60,687 nt of DNA from Vicinamibacterales bacterium (GTDB lineage Bacteria; Acidobacteriota; Vicinamibacteria; Vicinamibacterales; CAVVIG01). The position numbers and the translations under genes are program-made. The stretch's first letter is position 1. Each line of letters starts with the position of its first letter. This document shows positions 54,553-60,687 of this stretch, piece by piece. The stretch spans positions 1 through 60,687 of the forward strand of contig JANWLS010000132.1 of assembly GCA_025450765.1 (NCBI GenBank), written 5' to 3'. A model generated the notes under the pieces. That model saw only the letters and a list, made by a program, of their open reading frames with translations, was not told where the DNA came from and made no database searches.

Positions 54553-56241
54553 CTAGAGCGCCATCGCTCCCGGAAATACGAGGTAGAAGAGCAGCGAGAT
54601 CAAAATCAGATAGCCGAGCATGATGAACGTCCAGCCCATGTTGTGCCGGATCACCTGGCCTTCGCTGCGGACGAACCGGCTGGTGGCCACGCCGATGCTC
54701 GCCGTCTGCGGCGCAATCGGCTTCCCGACTTCGGCGCCGACCGAGTTGAACGACGGCAGCAGCAGCACGGGCAGCTTCAGCAGTCCTCCGGTGACGGCCT
54801 GCACCGGCCCGAACATCGCGTTGGTCGACGTATTGCTGCCCGACAGCGCGACGCCGATCCAGCCAAGGATCGGGGCGAGCACGACAAACCACGGCCCGAT
54901 CTTCGACAGCGCATACGCGAGCGAGTTCGCCATCCCGGCGTAGACGAAGACATACGCGACGCCGAAGATGAAGAAGCCGACGAGGAGCGCGCCCCACATC
55001 TGGTGGAACGTCTTCGCGAAGACCGTCTGGATGTCACGCGCCGAGGGCCGGAGCATCAGCAGGATGAGCAGCCACGACGCGAGGATCGATGTCCCGCCGC
55101 TGAGGGGCGTGAAATTGAACGTCGAGCTCGAGATCTGATGCGTCACCGAGGAGATCGCGCCGACCTGCAGCTTCAGCATGCTGATCCCCGGCAGATGCGA
55201 CCACGGACCGGTCCACGCAACGACCACCGCAATGAGGACGATGTAAGGCAGCCAGACCTTCAGCCCTTCTCCGGCCACCGGCGGCGCCACGGCCACCGAC
55301 GCCGCACTCCGACCGCCCACGGGCGCGTCGGGCATCCCGCCGTTCATGAGGACCGCCCCACCGCCTCCCGCACCAGCAGCCGCGAGCGGTGCTCCACCAA
55401 ACCCGCGAATGGTCGCCGGCTTCCAGTACTTCACGAAGACGAAGAGCACCCAGAACGAGACGAGCGCGCCGCTCAGGTCCGGAAGGTACGGGCCGAGATA
55501 CTGCGCCACCGGCCACTGACCGGCAATGTACGACGCGGAGGCGACGATCGCGAGCGGCCAGGCTTCGATCATGCCTTGCCAATCGGTGACGAGATAAATC
55601 AGCACCCAGGGTGGCAGGATCGCGAGAACCGCAACGATGTGGCCGACCGACGCCGAGAGCGCCATCAGCGGAAGGCCCGTCACCGCGGCGAGGGCGATGA
55701 TCGGCGCGCCGAGGGCACCGTAGGAGACCGGCGCGTTGTTCGCCAGGGCGGCCACGCGGATGGCGTCGAGGTCGACGATGCCGAGGCCAACCAGGATCGG
55801 TACCACCACCGCCCATGGATATCCGAAACCAACCAGCCCTTCGAGCAGCGCACCGAAGGCCCACGCGAGCATGATCGTCTGGATCCGCACGTCGGCCGTC
55901 GCCTGCCGCACCATCCACTGCTTGAACCGCTCGAAGTCGCCGGTGACGACGAGCGTGTTGAAGATGATCAGGCCCCAGAAGGTAATCCAGTCGATCGACC
56001 AGACGCCTTGCAGGCCGCCATAGAGATAGGCATGCAGGGTCCCGTTGGTGGGCGATCCCCAGACGAAGATCGCCAGCGGGATGGAAATGGCGCTGACGAT
56101 GAGCGTGGCCAGCCAGGCGCTGGTCCGCAGGGCCGCCAGCAGGAAGAGCAGCGCGGCCAGGGGCACGAGCGCCCAGAGCATGATGACGAGCAGACTGCCG
56201 CCAGGGACGAGGGTCTGGGTGAACACGGCGGCATGATACAC
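54553..56241 (-). CDS. lctP: L-lactate permease (LctP family)
   Basis: About 560-aa polytopic protein with LctP-like segments (NNAPVSYGALGAPI, TSTNAMFGPVQ). Start at GTG 56241 or 56226. The upstream track extension is an artefact. Confidence 0.8.
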   Translation of the reverse strand: MYHAAVFTQTLVPGGSLLVIMLWALVPLAALLFLLAALRTSAWLATLIVSAISIPLAIFVWGSPTNGTLHAYLYGGLQGVWSIDWITFWGLIIFNTLVVTGDFERFKQWMVRQATADVRIQTIMLAWAFGALLEGLVGFGYPWAVVVPILVGLGIVDLDAIRVAALANNAPVSYGALGAPIIALAAVTGLPLMALSASVGHIVAVLAILPPWVLIYLVTDWQGMIEAWPLAIVASASYIAGQWPVAQYLGPYLPDLSGALVSFWVLFVFVKYWKPATIRGFGGAPLAAAGAGGGGAVLMNGGMPDAPVGGRSAASVAVAPPVAGEGLKVWLPYIVLIAVVVAWTGPWSHLPGISMLKLQVGAISSVTHQISSSTFNFTPLSGGTSILASWLLILLMLRPSARDIQTVFAKTFHQMWGALLVGFFIFGVAYVFVYAGMANSLAYALSKIGPWFVVLAPILGWIGVALSGSNTSTNAMFGPVQAVTGGLLKLPVLLLPSFNSVGAEVGKPIAPQTASIGVATSRFVRSEGQVIRHNMGWTFIMLGYLILISLLFYLVFPGAMAL

Positions 56242-56326
56242 GGGCTTCGGGCCGCAGGCTATAGGCTTTGAGCCAGCGGCCGCGTCGGGCCACGGGCTGC
56301 CGGCTCCGGGCCTGAACGACGGTCCG

Positions 56327-57487
56327 TCAGGGAAATCGATAATCTTCCGTTTCCACCGTTTCGACCGCCGTCCGAACCATGTCCGCGATGGACAGATCGG
56401 CCTCGGCGGCCTCCACGTCCCTGAGACGGGCGCGGGTGGCCGGATGCTTCGGCGTGAACAGCTGGCAGCAGTCCTGGTCGGGGATGATCGAAATCGGATA
56501 CGTGCCGATCCGCTCGGCCTCGGCGGAGATCTCATCCTTGTCCATGCCGATGAGGGGCCGGAAAATCGGCAGCGACGCCACATCCCCAATCACGCGAAGG
56601 TTCTCGAGTGTCTGCGAGGCGACCTGCCCGACCACCTCGCCGGTGACGAGCGCCTGCGCCCGCGCGCGGCGAGCGAGATCCTCGGCGATGCGCATCATCA
56701 GCCGGCGGTACAGGACGACGCGCAGCGGCTGCGGCGCGGAGAGCACCACCTGGCGCTGAATATCGCCAAAGGCCACCAGTTGCAGCCGGCTCCGCTGCTG
56801 ATACTGCGTGAGGAGCGTCGCCAGCTCCTTCACCTTGTCGATCGACGCCCGCGAGAGGATGGGATAACTGTGGAAGTGAATGAGCTGCACGGAACAGCCG
56901 CGGCGCATCATGCGGAACGCCGCGACGGGCGAGTCGATGCCGCCCGAGAGCAGGCACGCCACCCGGCCGCTCACGCCGGTGGGGAGACCGCCGGCGCCCG
57001 GCTCCTTCCCGAAAAAATAGAACGCCTCGCCCGGCAGCATCTCGAGGTAGATGGTGAGCCCGGGCTCGTCGAGGTCCACGCGCCAGCCCTTGATCTCCTT
57101 GATACGGCCGCCGACTTCACGCTCGATCTGCGGCGAGGTCAGGGGAAATCGCTTATCGGCGCGCCGGGCGGAAACCCGGAACGAGTCCGTCGTCCGATCA
57201 CCCAGGTCCTCGAGAATCGCGGCCGCAATCCCGTCGATGTCGAGCGGGGCGCGGTTGGCAAACGAAAAGTTGGCGACGCCGAAGACGCGCGCCACCCGCT
57301 CGCGGACGGCGTCCCAATCGGCGCCGGGCCGCAGCACGATTTCGATACGGCCCATGAGCGACTGCACACGCTCGCCGCCGACGTCCGCTGTCGCCGTGCG
57401 AAGGGCTCGCACCAGCCGCGTGATGAACCACGGGCGATTGCGGCCCTTCAGCGCAATCTCCTTGTAGTGCACGATCACTGAGCGCAT
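56327..57487 (-). CDS. thiI: tRNA 4-thiouridine(8) synthase / thiamine biosynthesis protein ThiI
   Basis: N-terminal THUMP-type HYKEIALKGRNRPWF and PP-loop LLSGGIDSPVAAF. Confidence 0.9.
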   Translation of the reverse strand: MRSVIVHYKEIALKGRNRPWFITRLVRALRTATADVGGERVQSLMGRIEIVLRPGADWDAVRERVARVFGVANFSFANRAPLDIDGIAAAILEDLGDRTTDSFRVSARRADKRFPLTSPQIEREVGGRIKEIKGWRVDLDEPGLTIYLEMLPGEAFYFFGKEPGAGGLPTGVSGRVACLLSGGIDSPVAAFRMMRRGCSVQLIHFHSYPILSRASIDKVKELATLLTQYQQRSRLQLVAFGDIQRQVVLSAPQPLRVVLYRRLMMRIAEDLARRARAQALVTGEVVGQVASQTLENLRVIGDVASLPIFRPLIGMDKDEISAEAERIGTYPISIIPDQDCCQLFTPKHPATRARLRDVEAAEADLSIADMVRTAVETVETEDYRFP

Positions 57488-58830
57488 GGCAGCTCCCGTG
57501 CGGCCGCCGCCGCGGCGTGCCCGCTGACCACGGCGCTCTCGATCGTGCCGGGCAGTCCGGTGGCGATCCAGTCGCCGGCCAGCAGCAGTCCGCGTACGGG
57601 CGTCCTGGTTGCCGGCCGTGGCGGCTCGCCTGGCGCGAGCGAGAAGGTGGCTCGCTTCTCCCGTACGACTGTCGTTCGCGTGACCTTCGCGGCGGCCGCC
57701 GCGGGAATGGCCTGGCGGATCTCATCGAGGGCAAGGGCCGCAATCTCGTCGTTCGTTTTCGCCACGATCGAAGCGGCGCCGCTCGACACCAGGGAGAGAT
57801 GGGAGGCCTGCTCGCCGAAGATGAAGCGCTTGTCGAACACCCACTGCATCGCGCGGCCGGGCAGCCCGAGAAATGGCACGTCGAGAACGACCCGATCGAA
57901 CCAGAGATTCACCGTGACGATCGGCGAAGAGCCCAGGCGTCCGGCCGCCTCCACGAGCGGTTCGAGCGCGGCATCCGCGTCAGGCAGGGTGTCCGCGATC
58001 GCAAACCAGGGGACCGCGACGATGACGATCGGCGCCTCGAGTCGATCCTGGCGAACGGTGACGTGCGAAAGACGTCCGCGGTCGACGTGCACGCGGGCCG
58101 GTGCCTGCGTTCGTACGGAGCCGCCGCGGGCCTCGACGAAACAGCGCGCCGGTTGCGCATACAGGCGATCGAGCGGCGCGGAGGGAAGGGCAATGGCCGC
58201 CGCGTTCGCCTCCTTGCCGAACATCTCGGCCAGCACCCGCACGAACGTCGCGGCCGCCGCCTCCTGCGGAGGCTGGTTGAGCGCCGCGAGCGCCAGCGGT
58301 TCCCACAACATCTCGCGCACACGCGCGTTCTGCCCGTGAGCGATCAGCCATTCCTCCACGGTTTGCGATCCGGTCAATCCGTCGACCGACGCACCGAGCG
58401 CCAGGCGCCGGCGTGCGCCATCGATCGCCGGTCCAATCCGCAGCGCCGCGAGGCGATCGCCGATCCGCAACGCGTCCCATCCGAGGAGGCCGACGATGAG
58501 ATGCCACGGAGCCGGGAGCTTCGGGCATTTCAACCTCGTCCGCCGGCCGCCGAGATCGATCATGTCGAGCGCCAGTTGCGGCTGGATTTTGACGTCGCCG
58601 GCCGTGCCGACACGCCGAAGGAACGCGAACGTCTCGCGATAGCAGCCGAGGAGCACATGCTGGCCGTTGTCGACGGCCTCGCCGGTCGCGGGATCGGTGA
58701 ACGCGGTGGCGCGGCCGCCAAGGCCCGGCCTGGCCTCGAGCACGAGCACGCGTGCGCCCTGCTCGGATAATGCCGTCGCCGCGCTCAGGCCGGCGAAGCC
58801 GGCGCCGACGACGATGACGTCCGGCGTCAT
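57475..58830 (-). CDS. hpnE: Hydroxysqualene dehydroxylase HpnE (FAD-dependent amine-oxidase fold)
   Basis: VIVVGAGFAGLSAA dinucleotide fold and C-terminal LLLAGDW. Immediately follows hpnC-hpnD. Confidence 0.8.
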   Translation of the reverse strand: MTPDVIVVGAGFAGLSAATALSEQGARVLVLEARPGLGGRATAFTDPATGEAVDNGQHVLLGCYRETFAFLRRVGTAGDVKIQPQLALDMIDLGGRRTRLKCPKLPAPWHLIVGLLGWDALRIGDRLAALRIGPAIDGARRRLALGASVDGLTGSQTVEEWLIAHGQNARVREMLWEPLALAALNQPPQEAAAATFVRVLAEMFGKEANAAAIALPSAPLDRLYAQPARCFVEARGGSVRTQAPARVHVDRGRLSHVTVRQDRLEAPIVIVAVPWFAIADTLPDADAALEPLVEAAGRLGSSPIVTVNLWFDRVVLDVPFLGLPGRAMQWVFDKRFIFGEQASHLSLVSSGAASIVAKTNDEIAALALDEIRQAIPAAAAAKVTRTTVVREKRATFSLAPGEPPRPATRTPVRGLLLAGDWIATGLPGTIESAVVSGHAAAAAARELPCAQ

Positions 58831-59660
58831 CGCCCGGCCATCGTGGCGGCCCAGGTCCTGGCGGCAATCAGCGCCTGGTGTGGGCGCGACAAGCGCGCGC
58901 GGGCCGAGAAGACGTCGTAGCCGTGGCGCTCAATCTGACGCAGGATTTCGAAATAGATGGCGCGCATGATCTCGGCGGCCACCAGGTGGCGAGCGTCCTC
59001 CCTCGGGCGTCCTCGCATGGCGCGGTCGTAGTAGGCGCGGGCACGCGCGCACTCGTGCTCCAACAGGGCGCGCACGGGGGGCGTGAGCGTGCCGGATTCG
59101 AGCTCGCCGCGCGTGCAGCCGAACCGCTCCAGGTCGTCCAGCGGCAGATACAGCCGACCGCGCTCGAGATCGACCGTGATGTCGCGGATGATATTGGTCA
59201 ACTGCAGCGCAACGCCGAGGTCGACGGCGTACGCGCGCGTCGCGGGATCGCGATAGCCGAACACCTCGATGCAGATCAGGCCGACCGCGGAGGCCACGCG
59301 CCGGCAATACTCGAACAACTCATCGAAGTTGGCGTACGTCGGCGGATGCACGTCCATCTCGACGCCGTCGATGACATCGTCGAACGGCTGTCGCGGCAGC
59401 GAAAATTCGCCAACGAACGGCTGGAGGCTGCGGCCCTGTTCCGTCGAGGGCGTCCGCCCGTCGAAGCACCGCGCCAGCTCCTCGCGCCAGCCGGCGAGCG
59501 CCGACTGCACCAGGGCATCACGGCCGGGCGTCCCCTCCGCCGGCGCCTCATCCACCGCATCGTCCACGGCGCGGCAGAAGTCCCACACGGCGATGATCGC
59601 GTCGCGCTTGCGCGGCGGCAGGCAGAGGAACGCGTAATAGAAATTTGTCGGGCGAGACAT
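58827..59660 (-). CDS. hpnD: Presqualene diphosphate synthase HpnD
   Basis: Squalene/phytoene synthase family: FYYAFLCLP..., AVDDAVDE, and a second Asp-rich region DDVIDG. Confidence 0.85.
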   Translation of the reverse strand: MSRPTNFYYAFLCLPPRKRDAIIAVWDFCRAVDDAVDEAPAEGTPGRDALVQSALAGWREELARCFDGRTPSTEQGRSLQPFVGEFSLPRQPFDDVIDGVEMDVHPPTYANFDELFEYCRRVASAVGLICIEVFGYRDPATRAYAVDLGVALQLTNIIRDITVDLERGRLYLPLDDLERFGCTRGELESGTLTPPVRALLEHECARARAYYDRAMRGRPREDARHLVAAEIMRAIYFEILRQIERHGYDVFSARARLSRPHQALIAARTWAATMAGR

Positions 59661-59748
59661 TATTTAAGTTTGCGCTGGGGCCCCACCCCCAGCGCCTGTA
59701 CCTCGCGCACAGAACGCGCTCGGCATCGTCGCGGCATCTCGGCTGCGT

Positions 59749-60627
59749 TCACACATTCCAAGCGAGGGCACGTGCGAGGAGCCATGCGGCATCCCCAGCG
59801 CCCAGCGCCGGGCGGTTGATCAGGCCGCGATCGTCGGCGCGCGCCACACGTTCGAGGATCCGCGTGCCGCCGAGCCAGGTGAAGCGCAGCTCGTGACGGA
59901 GCCGGCCGCGGACGCCGTCGCAGACGACGCGGCCCGCCGCGAACAGATCGCGCGTGCGGCCGATCGCGGTATCCATCACCGCACGCCATTCGGGCGTGAG
60001 CCGGCCCGCTTCGAGGTCGGCCTCCGATGCGCCCGCCGCCGCGCAGTCGTCGAGGGGCACGTACAAACGACCGGCGCGGAAGTCGCGCCCGAAGTCCTGC
60101 CAGAAGTTCGCCAATTGCAGCGCGGTACACAGCGCGTCCGACGACTGATCCAGCTCCGCCTCACGATAACCGGCAATCCGGAGCACCAGCCGGCCGACGG
60201 GGTTCGCCGACCGACGGCAGTAATCGAGCACGTCGGCCCAGGTGCGGTAGCGCCGCGTCTCCACATCCTGCCGGAAGGCGCTCAGGAGATCTTCGAAGAG
60301 GCTCACGGGAAGGTCGCGTGCGCGGATCGAGTCGGCGACGGCGAGAAAGATCAGATCGTCGCGCTGGTCCCCAGGGGACGGCGAGCCATGGCCGTTGGTG
60401 CAGGCGCGCAACCGCGCCAGCCAGCCGTCCAGCAGCCGGTACCGCTCCGCGACGGGCCGGCTCCCCTCGTCGGCGAAGTCGTCGGCCACGCGCGCGAACG
60501 CATACACCGCGGCGATATGCGGCCGCATCGCAGCCGGCAGCAGCATCGACGCGACCGGAAAATTCTCGTAGTGGCTCCGTGCCATCGCCTCGCAGGTCGC
60601 ATAGGCGCGGGCAAGTTGGGTTACCAT
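59749..60627 (-). CDS. hpnC: Hydroxysqualene synthase HpnC
   Basis: HYENFPVAS..., RVADDFADE and ALQLANFWQD are typical of the HpnC subgroup. Confidence 0.85.
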   Translation of the reverse strand: MVTQLARAYATCEAMARSHYENFPVASMLLPAAMRPHIAAVYAFARVADDFADEGSRPVAERYRLLDGWLARLRACTNGHGSPSPGDQRDDLIFLAVADSIRARDLPVSLFEDLLSAFRQDVETRRYRTWADVLDYCRRSANPVGRLVLRIAGYREAELDQSSDALCTALQLANFWQDFGRDFRAGRLYVPLDDCAAAGASEADLEAGRLTPEWRAVMDTAIGRTRDLFAAGRVVCDGVRGRLRHELRFTWLGGTRILERVARADDRGLINRPALGAGDAAWLLARALAWNV

Positions 60628-60687
60628 GCCACCTCGGCCGCGCCCGCGCGATGGTTCACCGCGCGTGCGAGGACGAAGAGGAAGTCC
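60621..60687 (-). CDS. 3' end of an unidentified upstream gene (partial, runs off the right edge)
   Basis: My own translation gives ...DFLFVLARAVNHRAGAAEVAW-stop, with high GC3. The TAA (60623-60621) overlaps the hpnC ATG region. Too short to identify. Confidence 0.3.
   Translation of the reverse strand, partial: DFLFVLARAVNHRAGAAEVAW

Noticed and set aside
54466-54554. Short GC-rich hairpins with no U tract. Examples: cggggc-tct-gccccg at 54466-54480, aggcgcgc-cgt-gcgcgcct at 54536-54554, acacccgaac-aggg-gttcgggtgt at 51291-51314, and ccgtgg-ctggga-ccacgg near 29582.
   Set aside because: In DNA this GC-rich, such 6-10-bp stems arise easily. None has a flanking T run, so I did not call them terminators. 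The 51291-51314 stem (10 bp, perfect) may deserve a look if 5'-UTR data exist.

Overview
High-GC bacterial chromosome segment, densely coding, with about 55 protein genes. I found no rRNA, tRNA, CRISPR array, transposase or integrase. The gene content (CarboxypepD_reg-type TonB receptor, hpnCDE, fused E1) suggests Acidobacteriota, but that is only a guess.

Gene layout, left to right:
- 1-10.9 kb, minus strand: a complete dcw cell-wall/division cluster, mraZ-rsmH-ftsL-ftsI-murE-murF-mraY-murD-ftsW-murG. Several start/stop pairs overlap by 4 nt.
- 11-22.5 kb: housekeeping genes (ychF, GT2, yqeY, MFS, rhomboid, htpX-lemA, cupin-SDR, fused 2-oxoacid dehydrogenase E1).
- 22.6-24.8 kb: fadN.
- 24.8-37.7 kb: an accessory-looking block that separates fadN from fadA-fadE. 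It holds two alpha/beta hydrolases, an orphan RiPP-like precursor, an SDR, a FAD/BBE oxidase, an LTXXQ protein, a TM-split patatin-like lipase, a GNAT, a His-phosphatase, a DHA2 efflux pump and an APC permease.
- 37.7-60.7 kb: fadA-fadE-DUF1684, peptidases, a ThyX-like gene, def, a Nudix gene, a TonB-type receptor, an AAA/DUF4143 ATPase, an M61 peptidase, lctP, thiI and hpnCDE.

Most interesting observations:
- An orphan RiPP-like precursor with a duplicated NHLP-type leader.
- A 39-bp direct repeat that duplicates the SDR 3' end and brackets a 2.4-kb three-gene module.
- A patatin/cPLA2-like lipase whose Ser-Asp dyad is split by about ten TM helices.
- A roughly 33-nt repeat present three times, twice as a giant hairpin that contains both stop codons of a convergent gene pair.
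- A tandem 22-bp palindromic operator over the start of the ATPase gene.
- CRGTC heptad arrays in two dcw spacers.
- A roughly 400-bp low-GC patch inside the DUF1684 gene.

All calls come from reading the sequence and from motif recognition. No database search was run.
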